The notes: a model not told the origin generated them from the letters alone. A stretch of DNA of 64,000 nucleotides from an uncultured Clostridia bacterium (GCA_944381145.1 CALWJZ010000001.1:136635-200634); one strand, 5' to 3'; positions 31,672 to 41,347 are shown, numbered from the stretch's first letter. Made by a program: numbers and translations.

Positions 31672-33228
31672 TTATGTAATATGAGAACTTAATTTTATTA
31701 CAACATCTGCTGTTGCCATTGCATCAAAAACTGCTCTATGTGCATTTTCTAATGATATTCCTAATTTTTTACAAACTGTAGATAATTTAAAGTTTTTAAG
31801 TCCAGGTATAAATGCTCTAGCTAAATAAAGAGCATCTATTTGTTTATTATCAAAAATATAACCACTCTTTTTCCCAAACAAATTTATAAATTTATAGTCA
31901 AAATCTATATTATAGGCAATAATAGTACAATTATAACAAAATTTATAAAAATCAGCTATGACATTTTCAATATTGGGTGCATTAATTACCATATTATTAG
32001 TTATCCCAGTTAAAGCAGTTATTTCTTCTGGAATATTCCCTTTTGGTCTTACAAAAGTCTCAAATGTTTCAAATTTTTTCCCTTGTTTTAGTTTTATAGC
32101 ACCTATTTCAATTATTTCACATTTACTAGCTTCTAGCCCAGTTGTTTCTATATCAAATACTACAACATCATTATTTAGTAAATATTCTCCTACATTATCA
32201 GACTGTTCAAAAAGATTACTTTGAATCATTTCATTATATATTTCAGGAAATACAACTTTATATTTTTCATTTGGTTCTTTTTTTATAATAATATTCTCAA
32301 CGTTGTCTTCATCAACTCTTGTGCAAAATGCCAAGGAATTAACTTTCAAGTTTAGTCTACCATTAAATTCTTCTACATTGCCTCTGACAATAATGTAATC
32401 ATCATCTTTTAAAATTAACATTTTATTTAAATCAGCTTTATTAGGAAAACATACACAATTAATCCTGCCAGTTTTATCGATTATATTAAAACTATAATAT
32501 GTTTTAATTACATTATTTCCATCTTTATCAATTCTTTTACTTTCAAAATTTTTTTGTGTTAAAAACTTAATAATGCCTGAAATTTCAATATTTTCAATAG
32601 TATTTTTAATTGAAGAAATTTCTATTGGGCAACCATTAATTTCGCCAATAATATTATTTATATTTTCAACTTTATATGATTTTATTAAATTTTCACTACT
32701 AGAATTATATATAGATTCTAATAAAGATTGATTATCATCAATTGTATATTCTTCAATATTTTCCCCATTTTCAATAAATTTAACTTCTAAATTAAAAGGC
32801 TCAAAAAAGAACCCTTCACCATAATCTAATATTTCTTTTTTTACATTAGAATTAGATAAATAATTGTATATAAACTTATTACAATTAATTGTAACAAAAA
32901 TTTCATTTGCAATTTCGACTTTAATTTGCTCTTTATTTAAATTAACTGCAACACTTGCAAAATTTTTTTTTATAAAGTTATAGACAACTTCTCTTACTAA
33001 ATCACAATCTATATATGCCTTTTTGCATTTAACAATTATATTTACATCTTTATTTATATATTGTTTAATGAGATTTGTAAGTATTTGTTTGTCTTCATTT
33101 TTTATTTCATTTTTATAAAGAAATTTAAAAATCAAATCATGCGACTTTTCATCAAAAATAACACTTACAAGTTTGAAATCAATGTAAGCGTTATTGGTCT
33201 TGTTGTTAATAAAATCGAGTAGTTTCAT
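31672..33228 (-). CDS. PolC-derived protein: N-terminal domains + OB fold + DnaQ-type 3'-5' exonuclease, no PHP or polymerase domain
   Basis: OB segment YSFNIIDKTGRINCVCF...IIVRGNVE; exo motifs VVFDIETTG, YNIDFD, HRAVFDA; stops at 518 aa; occupies the polC position between rseP and rimP. Confidence 0.8.
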   Translation of the reverse strand: MKLLDFINNKTNNAYIDFKLVSVIFDEKSHDLIFKFLYKNEIKNEDKQILTNLIKQYINKDVNIIVKCKKAYIDCDLVREVVYNFIKKNFASVAVNLNKEQIKVEIANEIFVTINCNKFIYNYLSNSNVKKEILDYGEGFFFEPFNLEVKFIENGENIEEYTIDDNQSLLESIYNSSSENLIKSYKVENINNIIGEINGCPIEISSIKNTIENIEISGIIKFLTQKNFESKRIDKDGNNVIKTYYSFNIIDKTGRINCVCFPNKADLNKMLILKDDDYIIVRGNVEEFNGRLNLKVNSLAFCTRVDEDNVENIIIKKEPNEKYKVVFPEIYNEMIQSNLFEQSDNVGEYLLNNDVVVFDIETTGLEASKCEIIEIGAIKLKQGKKFETFETFVRPKGNIPEEITALTGITNNMVINAPNIENVIADFYKFCYNCTIIAYNIDFDYKFINLFGKKSGYIFDNKQIDALYLARAFIPGLKNFKLSTVCKKLGISLENAHRAVFDAMATADVVIKLSSHIT

Positions 33229-33242
33229 AAAAATCCTTTTCT

Positions 33243-34304
33243 TTAGAACAAAAATAAATGCAATATATCTACTAAAATTACTAAACCAAATAGCAAGATT
33301 AAACCTATAGTATGAATTTTTGCTTCAATATTTCTAGGTACTGGCTTTCGAAATATCCATTCTATAAGTACAAAAACCATTCTCGCACCATCTAATGCTG
33401 GTATAGGCAAAAGGTTGAAAACTGCCAAATTAACTGCGATTAAAGGGAAAAGAAGAACTAAATTTTTTATACTTGCTTGTGTCGAGACTGCTATAGTTTG
33501 TATTGTAGTTATAGGTCCTCCAACACTCTCCAATCCAATTTGTCCAGTCAACAAATCACCAAGAATGACTAAACATTCCCAAGCCATATTAAATGTGTAA
33601 GGTACACATTTAAGTAAACCTTTACCAAAACTATATTTTACATATTCAGTTGTAACGCCAATAATTTTTGATTGTACAATTTTTTCTCCATTTTTATCTA
33701 ATACATAATTGCCATCACTATCTACTTGATATTGTTCATATTTCTGTACTTTGACATCAATAATCTCACCATTTCTATCTATTGTAAGAACAATATCTTC
33801 TCCAACATCTTTATCACTCATAAGATTAATAATTCCACCATTCAAAAATGTTGGTTCGACACCATCTACTTCTAAAATAATATCATTTTTTCTCAATACA
33901 TTTTCATTTCCATTTGTTGCAACAACACTGTCAATTTGAACAATTCCTGACCCAACACTAATAAGAAGAATGAGTGTAAATAAAATGCCTGAAATTAAAT
34001 TAAACAAAGCCCCTGAAGCCAAAACGATTAATCTTTTCCAACAAGGATAAGAATTAAAACAACCTTCTTCATTGCCTTCTTCATCTTCACCTTTAAATGC
34101 ACAATATCCACCTAAAGGAATCCATCTCAAACTAAAAATTTCGCCACTTTTTAATTGTTTACTAAAAATTGCTTTGCCAAAACCAATTGAATATTCTTCA
34201 ATCTTAAATTTAAGCATTTTACCCGCTAAATAATGACCTGTTTCGTGAATCATAATCATTAGTAGCAACACAACTATAGCAAGTATTACATAAAGAACTA
34301 TCAT
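33243..34304 (-). CDS. rseP: RIP metalloprotease RseP/RasP (M50 with PDZ)
   Basis: IHETGH (HExxH), IPLGGYC, NLLPIPALDG. Confidence 0.95.
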   Translation of the reverse strand: MIVLYVILAIVVLLLMIMIHETGHYLAGKMLKFKIEEYSIGFGKAIFSKQLKSGEIFSLRWIPLGGYCAFKGEDEEGNEEGCFNSYPCWKRLIVLASGALFNLISGILFTLILLISVGSGIVQIDSVVATNGNENVLRKNDIILEVDGVEPTFLNGGIINLMSDKDVGEDIVLTIDRNGEIIDVKVQKYEQYQVDSDGNYVLDKNGEKIVQSKIIGVTTEYVKYSFGKGLLKCVPYTFNMAWECLVILGDLLTGQIGLESVGGPITTIQTIAVSTQASIKNLVLLFPLIAVNLAVFNLLPIPALDGARMVFVLIEWIFRKPVPRNIEAKIHTIGLILLFGLVILVDILHLFLF

Positions 34305-34317
34305 TAATTACTCCAAA

Positions 34318-35265
34318 TTATAGTAAAATAAACATACTAATAAGAACAACTACAGAATTAAAAATCAAACCATCAACCCTATCCATAACACCACCATGAC
34401 CAGGGAAAATAGTACCATAATCTTTTACTCTTGCACTTCTTTTCAATGCACTTGCCACTAGATCTCCTATTTGTCCTACAACAGAAGTAACAAGAGAAAT
34501 TATTAATATTTGCCACCAGTAAATATTAAATAATACCATGGCTTCCTTAAATATATTATTAATCGAAAATAAATAATATACTAATAATCCACCACAACCA
34601 CCAAATATTAAACCACCAATTGCGCCACTTATTGTTTTGTTTGGGCTAATCAACGGACATAATTTTGGACCTTTTACCAACATGCCTACTACTAGAGCAA
34701 AAGTATCTGTGAACATAGTGATAGCAAAAACGAATGTTAAGAAAAATAAAGTTATTATTGAAGCATTTTCATATTGAAAATATTCTACAAAAGCAAATTC
34801 AAAAAAGTGATTAATCACAAACAAACTTGTAAATAATAAGGCTGGATAAATCATAACAAATGCTGAATTCATGCTTTTTTTGAAAGCATATTTAGCATCG
34901 CTTTCAAATACACCATATCTATCTTTTTCTTTCTTAGTTATATTTGTAAATAGATAAGTATAAAGAAAATTAATTAAGAAAAGAGCAAACATGATTATTA
35001 CAAAATAAAGTATATAATGCATCCAATCTCTTTCATTTAAAATACCTATCGACATTGCAATATAAATTATAGCAGGAAAGCATCCAACAAAAATAATATT
35101 AGTAAAAAATCTTTTTCTTTCTAAAACCCTAGCAACTTCTACACAACCCATAATTGCAAGAATTCCTATAAACACATCAAATGCATATGATGTGTATAAT
35201 CTAGACAACAAAAAAATCGCAGTTACTAATAATATTATTGCCCCCGTAAAAATTCTTTTTTTCAT
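34318..35265 (-). CDS. cdsA: Phosphatidate cytidylyltransferase
   Basis: TDTFAL, ISPNKTISG, GQIGDLVASALKR, KDYG...FPGHGGVMDRVDG. Confidence 0.95.
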   Translation of the reverse strand: MKKRIFTGAIILLVTAIFLLSRLYTSYAFDVFIGILAIMGCVEVARVLERKRFFTNIIFVGCFPAIIYIAMSIGILNERDWMHYILYFVIIMFALFLINFLYTYLFTNITKKEKDRYGVFESDAKYAFKKSMNSAFVMIYPALLFTSLFVINHFFEFAFVEYFQYENASIITLFFLTFVFAITMFTDTFALVVGMLVKGPKLCPLISPNKTISGAIGGLIFGGCGGLLVYYLFSINNIFKEAMVLFNIYWWQILIISLVTSVVGQIGDLVASALKRSARVKDYGTIFPGHGGVMDRVDGLIFNSVVVLISMFILL

Positions 35266-35396
35266 ATGTTACCTCTCCATAGCCAATCTAATAGTGTACA
35301 AATTTCAAAGTTTGCACACAAAAACATAGGCATAATGCAAATATATCTTAATACATTTTGAATTATACCCCAAAATTATATAAAAATAATAATAAT

Positions 35397-35966
35397 TTAT
35401 ACTTCCATGATTTCTTTTTCTTTATTGTTATTCATTTTATCAATAGATAATATTACATCATCTAATAATTTTTGAACATCTTTGTCTAATCTTTCCATTT
35501 CATCTTCTGTAATATTACTATCTTTTTTCATTTTTTTGAAGATGTCTAAAACTTCTCTTCTAGCATTTCTACAAGCAACTTTAGCACTTTCGGTATATTT
35601 GCTAATTTCCTTTGCTAGTTCCTTACGTCTTTCTTCAGTTAATTGTGGAAAAATTAATCTGATTACTCTACCATCATCACTAGGATTAAGTCCTAAATTT
35701 GCACCTTCAATAGCTTTTGAAACTGCTTTTAACATTGAATTGTCCCAAAGATTCACAAGAATCATTCTTGCTTCGGGTACAGAAATAGTAGCCATTTGAC
35801 TAATCGGTGTCATAGTCCCATAATAATCAACCATTATTTTTTCAATAATTTTTGGATTTGCTCTACCTGCTCTAATTTGCAATAATTCATTTTCGTAATG
35901 ATCAACAACTTTAGATAAATCATTTTTAAATTCATCTAAATACATTTCAATTTCTTCAGTATACAT
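35397..35966 (-). CDS. frr: Ribosome recycling factor
   Basis: IRAGRANP, VDYYG, NPSDDG, PQLTEERRKEL. Confidence 0.97.
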   Translation of the reverse strand: MYTEEIEMYLDEFKNDLSKVVDHYENELLQIRAGRANPKIIEKIMVDYYGTMTPISQMATISVPEARMILVNLWDNSMLKAVSKAIEGANLGLNPSDDGRVIRLIFPQLTEERRKELAKEISKYTESAKVACRNARREVLDIFKKMKKDSNITEDEMERLDKDVQKLLDDVILSIDKMNNNKEKEIMEV

Positions 35967-36200
35967 AAAAATCTCCTATATAATTACTAATTAATTTTAC
36001 TATAATTAATGATAAAAAAGCAAACAAATAACTATGTAATGTAAAATTATTTATAAATATATTTAAATTAAATACTAAAAAAATGTCATAAATTAAATAA
36101 TTAAACTTAGAAAATTATTACTATTTATATTTGTAATAATATTAGGTAATTAAAGAATTATTATCATGCATAATTATTTTAATTACAAGAATTATAATAT

Positions 36201-36226
36201 AAAAAACTCCACAAATGTGGAGTTTT
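36201..36226 (-). terminator. Intrinsic terminator after tsf
   Basis: AAAACTCCACA-aa-TGTGGAGTTTT. Confidence 0.8.
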
Positions 36227-36240
36227 AATTTTATTTAAGC

Positions 36241-36888
36241 TTAGTTTTTCATTTGAGCCATAACTTCATCAGCAAAATTATCTTGTCTTTTTTCTAGACC
36301 TTCACCCATTTCATAACGAGTAAATCTTCTAATAGAAATTTTTTCACCAATAGTAAGAATTGCTTCGTTTAATAATTCTCTAATAGTTTTGCTTGGATCT
36401 TTCACAAAAGGTTGATCTAATAAACAAACTTCTTCATAGAATTTCTTTACTCTACCTTCTATCATTCTATCAACAATAGCTTCTGGTTTTCCTTCATTAA
36501 GAGCTTGAGCTTTTAAAATTTCTTTTTCATGCTCCAATACATTAGATGGAACTTCTTCTTGATTGATATAAAGAGGTTTTGACGCTGCAATATGAAGTGC
36601 AACATCTTTACAAAAAGATACAAAATTTTCACTTCTAGCAACAAAATCTGTTTCACAGTTAATTTCTACCAAAACGCCGATTTTTCCGCCCATGTGAATA
36701 TAAGAATAAACCAATCCCTCAGCAGCAATTCTATCAGCTTTTTTAGCTGCTTTTGCAATTCCTTTTTCTCTCAACCATTCTGTTGCTTTATCAAGATCTC
36801 CATCAGTTTCAGTCAAAGCATTTTTGCAATCCATAATTCCAGCATTAGTTCTTTTTCTTAGTTTTACAATATCTTCGTTTGAAAACAT
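36241..36888 (-). CDS. tsf: Elongation factor Ts (short form)
   Basis: [38 protein letters not shown]. Confidence 0.97.
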   Translation of the reverse strand: MFSNEDIVKLRKRTNAGIMDCKNALTETDGDLDKATEWLREKGIAKAAKKADRIAAEGLVYSYIHMGGKIGVLVEINCETDFVARSENFVSFCKDVALHIAASKPLYINQEEVPSNVLEHEKEILKAQALNEGKPEAIVDRMIEGRVKKFYEEVCLLDQPFVKDPSKTIRELLNEAILTIGEKISIRRFTRYEMGEGLEKRQDNFADEVMAQMKN

Positions 36889-36908
36889 ACTTTACACTCC
36901 CATTTAAA

Positions 36909-37703
36909 TTATTCTTCGCTCTTTACTTCTTCAGAAACATTATCTTCTGATTCAGTAGTTTTTTCTGCAACGACTTCTTCTTGAGATTGTTCTGCAGATG
37001 TGTCCTCTATAGCAGGAGCAACACCTTCTCTAGCTTCTATTACAGCATTTGCCATAGCACCAGCTATCAAAGACACAGCTCTAATTGCATCATCATTACC
37101 TGGAATTACATAATCAATTGGTTCAGGGTCGCAATTTGTATCAATCAAAGCAACAACAGGAATATTAAGTGATTTTGCTTCTTGAACAGCAATATGTTCT
37201 TTCTTGGTATCAACAATGAACAAAACATCTGGTAGTTTTGTCATTTCTTTGATACCACCTAAATTTTTCTCAAGTTTATCTCTTTCAGCCTTTAATTTTA
37301 TTACTTCTTTTTTAGGAAGCAAATTAAACTCGCCCACTTTTTCCATATTATTAAGCTTATTTAATCTTTCAACTCTGCTTCTAATAGTTTTGAAATTAGT
37401 AAGTGTACCACCCAACCAACGAGAATTGATATAGTACATACCACATCTTTTAGCTTCATCTTCTATAGCCTTTTGAGCTTGTTTTTTAGTTCCAACAAAC
37501 AAAATTATTTTTCCTTGGCTAGCCATTTCCTTAATGTAATCGTAAGCCTTGTCAATTAGAACTACTGTATCCTCTAGATTAATGATATGAATATCATTTC
37601 TAGAATTAAAAATATATTTGCTCATTTTTGGATTCCATTTTCTTGTTTGATGACCGAAATGAACTCCAGCTTCAAGCAATTGTTTCATTGAAATTACTGA
37701 CAT
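36909..37703 (-). CDS. rpsB: 30S ribosomal protein S2
   Basis: [46 protein letters not shown]; start 37703. Confidence 0.98.
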   Translation of the reverse strand: MSVISMKQLLEAGVHFGHQTRKWNPKMSKYIFNSRNDIHIINLEDTVVLIDKAYDYIKEMASQGKIILFVGTKKQAQKAIEDEAKRCGMYYINSRWLGGTLTNFKTIRSRVERLNKLNNMEKVGEFNLLPKKEVIKLKAERDKLEKNLGGIKEMTKLPDVLFIVDTKKEHIAVQEAKSLNIPVVALIDTNCDPEPIDYVIPGNDDAIRAVSLIAGAMANAVIEAREGVAPAIEDTSAEQSQEEVVAEKTTESEDNVSEEVKSEE

Positions 37704-37911
37704 ATTTTCCTCCTTGTTTTTTCCTCCTAGGTGTTTTAACTCCATAGGCTAAGCAAATAAGCCAACAAACCTATAAATCAATAATCATTTGAGAATTTAA
37801 TTATTGCCTTATTTTTAATATGAAATAAATTTTTTCATACAAAAAACAAGATACACCCAGTGTGTAATAATTCAACTAGGAAATAATATCATAAAAATAA
37901 TAAAAAATCAA
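37704..37911 (-). promoter_or_regulatory. rpsB promoter and putative S2 autoregulatory leader
   Basis: TTGATT-N17-TATTAT with extended TG (37883-37911); CUGGGUGU (37853-37860) can pair with ACACCUAG (37727-37734) next to an upstream GGAGG. Confidence 0.5.
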
Positions 37912-37970
37912 TAATTTAATAGCAAATTTTACAAAAAAAGTGCAAAAGAATTTTGCACTATATAAATTTA

Positions 37971-38324
37971 TTAATTTTGTTCCCCTGAATTTGTATCTTC
38001 ATTGGTTGTATCGACATTTATTCCTTCATCTTTAAGCATCTGATAATATTCTTCAAATACTTTATCGACTATTTTGTCGTCTTCAACTATTACTAAGCAA
38101 TCTTCATCATCAATCTCATCAATAACAAATACTAATGCTTCATCATCAGCAATACCTTCCATAACAGTTACTGGTTTCAATATTGCATAAGTTTTATCTT
38201 CAATAGGAACAAGAGCTATTTGTTCAAATTCAACTTCTTGATTATCTTCGTTATAAAGTTTGATATTTTCCGTATTGTTTTCATCTAGTAACATATCAAT
38301 AGGTGATAAAAATTCTTCTGCCAT
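37971..38324 (-). CDS. DUF1292 domain protein
   Basis: Acidic; LYNEDNQEVEFE...YAIL; follows ruvX as usual in Firmicutes. Confidence 0.8.
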   Translation of the reverse strand: MAEEFLSPIDMLLDENNTENIKLYNEDNQEVEFEQIALVPIEDKTYAILKPVTVMEGIADDEALVFVIDEIDDEDCLVIVEDDKIVDKVFEEYYQMLKDEGINVDTTNEDTNSGEQN

Positions 38325-38345
38325 TTTCAATTCTCCTTAAATTAA

Positions 38346-38777
38346 TTATTTCCTATTATTAACATCTAGATAGTCTTGCAAAATTATCGAAGCAGATAAT
38401 TTATCAAGAACCTGTTTTCTTTTTTTTCTAGATACATCGGCAGAAATTAGGATTTTTTCAGCCGAAACTGATGTCAGGCGTTCGTCAATAAAATCAATTT
38501 TTACATCAATATAATTTTTCAAAATATTTGCAAATTCATAGGTTTTTTCGACCCTAACGCCTTTAGAACCATCCATATTAATAGGAAGACCAATTACAAT
38601 AATTTTGACATTATTTTCATTAGCAATTTTTGCAATATGTTTGCAATCAGCATCTAAATTTGTTCTAGTATAATTTTCATAGCCTGACGCCAAAAATCGC
38701 GTAACATCACTTAACGCAATTCCAATTCTTACATCGCCATAATCTAGAGCCATAATTCTATAATATGAATCATTCAT
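38346..38777 (-). CDS. ruvX: Holliday junction resolvase-like / pre-16S rRNA nuclease YqgF (RuvX)
   Basis: RIMALDYGDVRIGIA, GLPINMDGS, DERLTSVSA, DKLSASIILQ. Confidence 0.95.
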   Translation of the reverse strand: MNDSYYRIMALDYGDVRIGIALSDVTRFLASGYENYTRTNLDADCKHIAKIANENNVKIIVIGLPINMDGSKGVRVEKTYEFANILKNYIDVKIDFIDERLTSVSAEKILISADVSRKKRKQVLDKLSASIILQDYLDVNNRK

Positions 38778-38859
38778 ACACATATGATATCATATAAAAT
38801 TTAATTTTCAAAATTAATTTAATGAAGAATTTTTATTTTTGACAATAAATTAGTAAATA

Positions 38860-39000
38860 TTAATTAGTAATCTTTTTTACTTGTTCTTTTACAGCTTTTT
38901 TACCTTTTTCGACAATTTCTTGCGCCTTGTAATTATTAGTTACTACTATAGCACCTGCAATAAATCCCAATGCCATTCCAATTAAAAGACAATCTTTCAT
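38860..39000 (-). CDS. Small 46-aa membrane-anchored protein (not in ORF track)
   Basis: MKDCLLIGMALGFIAGAIVVTNNYKAQEIVEKGKKAVKEQVKKITN*; AGGAGG SD at 39006-39011. Confidence 0.75.
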   Translation of the reverse strand: MKDCLLIGMALGFIAGAIVVTNNYKAQEIVEKGKKAVKEQVKKITN

Positions 39001-39060
39001 AATATCCTCCTAAATTATCTAATATATATTTTATTTTGTCAAAAATATTGTTTTTTATAC

Positions 39061-39105
39061 AAAAAAAACTAACTACATGATTTTAAAATTATGTAGTTAG
39101 CACTT
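39061..39105 (-). terminator. Intrinsic terminator after the iscS-iscU-like pair
   Basis: CTAACTACAT...ATGTAGTTAG stem with T run. Confidence 0.65.
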
Positions 39106-39108
39106 TTA

Positions 39109-40092
39109 TTACTTTTTTCTAAACCATGAAAAAAGTGATTTTTTTTCTTTTTCTTGTTTGTTTTGAGTATCTAATTCATTTTTGTTTTGATTTTTTTCTA
39201 TAATTTTATTATTTTTATCACTTTTATCATTTACATTATCAAATTCATTATTTAAATTTATTTTTTGCTTATCTAAATTTTTCAAATTGTTTTTCATTAA
39301 TGATATAGCATTATCTAAACTTGAATGATTAGTTTTATTATTTGAATCAGTTTTTGAATTGATTTTTTTGAGAATATTATTTAAATTATTTGAATTAATC
39401 TGTTTTTTTTCATTATATTCTTTTATTTGAATTTTTTTATTCAATAAATCAAGATGAGAAATTTTATTAGTCTCACTAGATTTTAAGTTTTTGTTTTCAT
39501 TATTCTCATCAAGGATTGATTTTATTGTATTTTGAATTAAATCTGTTTCATCGACAAGTTTTGTAATATTTTTTTTCTCTATATTTTTCTTTGTTTTCTT
39601 ATCTAATAAGATTTCATTAAGTTCATCATCTACTTTGATAGTTTTAGAATTTTTTGTAACTTTTTTTTGTTTATGCAAATTTTGACTTTCACTTTTTAAA
39701 TTCTCACAAGGTTTTATAGTTCCTTTTTTTATTCCCTTTTGATATTTTTTTATTAACAATTGAAAAGTATCTAATATAATACTATAAACATGAACTTTTG
39801 AGTCATCTAATTTAGTAAATTTTGAAAGATCTTCTTCATTAATGTTTAATGCTTCATCAATTGATTTTCCTTCAACAATCTCACAAAAATAAGAACATAG
39901 AGCAAGAAAGGTTGTACAACCAGATGCTTTATATGATATTTTCTGAATAATATCGTCATTATTTATTTGCGCAAAAAACTTTACCATATCACCATAATTA
40001 TTTTTTTTTGATATAGCAGAAACATTAGCCTTTTTCAAAGAAAACAAATATTTTAGATCGTTTAATCTATCTATTACATCTTGATTATACAT
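39109..40092 (-). CDS. Degenerate IscU/NifU-N domain protein with long Asn/Lys-rich C-terminal tail
   Basis: aa 1-120 align by eye to clostridial NifU (MY..V.D, YGD, GC, GKSIDEAL, KVH); directly downstream of iscS. Confidence 0.7.
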   Translation of the reverse strand: MYNQDVIDRLNDLKYLFSLKKANVSAISKKNNYGDMVKFFAQINNDDIIQKISYKASGCTTFLALCSYFCEIVEGKSIDEALNINEEDLSKFTKLDDSKVHVYSIILDTFQLLIKKYQKGIKKGTIKPCENLKSESQNLHKQKKVTKNSKTIKVDDELNEILLDKKTKKNIEKKNITKLVDETDLIQNTIKSILDENNENKNLKSSETNKISHLDLLNKKIQIKEYNEKKQINSNNLNNILKKINSKTDSNNKTNHSSLDNAISLMKNNLKNLDKQKINLNNEFDNVNDKSDKNNKIIEKNQNKNELDTQNKQEKEKKSLFSWFRKK

Positions 40093-40093
40093 A

Positions 40094-41266
40094 TTAGTTT
40101 ACCTTCTTTTTATTTTTTAAAGGACTTGCGTTTCTTAATTTCTGAACTTCCTCACAAAGAGTTCTAACTACATAATCAATATCATCTTTTGAAATATTAA
40201 TATCAAATGAAAATCTTATCGTTCCTCTAATTTGTTCATCTGTAAGACCAATAGCTTTGAGAACATGACTTTTTTCAAGAGAACCTGACGCACAAGCAGA
40301 ACCAGTTGAAACAGCAATTCCTTTTAAATCTAGTAACATTATAAGATTTTCGCCTTCAATATTATCAAAAGTAACCGAAACTATACTTAAAGCTTTTTGA
40401 TTTTGATTCCCATTAATTTTGATATCGGGTATTTCATACTCAATTTTTTTTATAAAATACGAAGTTAATTCAAATAATTTTTTATCTTTATAATCTAAAT
40501 CTCTAGCATTTAATTCGACGGCTTTTCCAAAACCTACTACAGCAGGAACATTAACTGTTCCACCTCTTCTATTTTGTTCTTGTTCTCCTCCAAGCATAAA
40601 CTTATTAATTTTAACATTTTCTCTTATATAAAGAGCTCCTACACCTTTTGGTCCATGAATTTTATGAGCAGATATACTCATTAAATCAACACCCAAATCA
40701 TTGACATTTAATTTAAATGCACCAAGCGCTTGAACAGCATCTACATGAAAATAAGCGCCATAAAATTTAACTATTTCACTTATTGCTTTTATATTCTGAA
40801 TAGTCCCAATTTCATTGTTTACAGCCATTATAGATACAATAGTAGTTGTAGGTTTAATTTCGTGCAACAAATCAGAAATAGATACTAATCCAGTACTATC
40901 AACGGGAAGATATGTAACCGTAAACCCTTCTTTTTCTAGCTGTTTACAAGTATCAAGAATACTATGATGTTCTATTTCACTAGTAATAATGTGCTTACCT
41001 TTTTTTATATTAGCATAGGCAACACCTCTCAATGCCCAATTATTAGATTCTGTTCCACCACTTGTAAAAAAGAGTTCACTATTTTTTGCACCAATATAGT
41101 TAGCAATAATATCTCTTGCATTATCTACACCTTTTACAGCTTCCCGTCCAAAAGAATGTAAACTACTACTATTACCGTAAATTGAGGTAAAATATGGCAT
41201 CATTTCTTGTAAAACTTCACCACCTAACATAGTTGTTGCTGCATTGTCCAAATATATTCTTTTCAT
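40094..41266 (-). CDS. iscS: Cysteine desulfurase IscS/NifS
   Basis: IYLDNAATT, FTSGGTES, SAHKIHGPKGVG, STGSACAS; start 41266. Confidence 0.95.
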   Translation of the reverse strand: MKRIYLDNAATTMLGGEVLQEMMPYFTSIYGNSSSLHSFGREAVKGVDNARDIIANYIGAKNSELFFTSGGTESNNWALRGVAYANIKKGKHIITSEIEHHSILDTCKQLEKEGFTVTYLPVDSTGLVSISDLLHEIKPTTTIVSIMAVNNEIGTIQNIKAISEIVKFYGAYFHVDAVQALGAFKLNVNDLGVDLMSISAHKIHGPKGVGALYIRENVKINKFMLGGEQEQNRRGGTVNVPAVVGFGKAVELNARDLDYKDKKLFELTSYFIKKIEYEIPDIKINGNQNQKALSIVSVTFDNIEGENLIMLLDLKGIAVSTGSACASGSLEKSHVLKAIGLTDEQIRGTIRFSFDINISKDDIDYVVRTLCEEVQKLRNASPLKNKKKVN

Positions 41267-41347
41267 AAAAATAACCCCATAAATTTGATTATATATATAA
41301 TAAAACAAAAAAGCCACTATGTCAATAGTAGCCTTATAAAATCTCTA

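Noticed and set aside
33183-33196. cre-like sequence TGTAAGCGTTATTG
   Set aside because: Imperfect match inside the polC-like CDS; expected by chance
36241-36888. Short 215-aa EF-Ts as a truncation
   Set aside because: The short form is a known natural variant; motifs and terminator are intact
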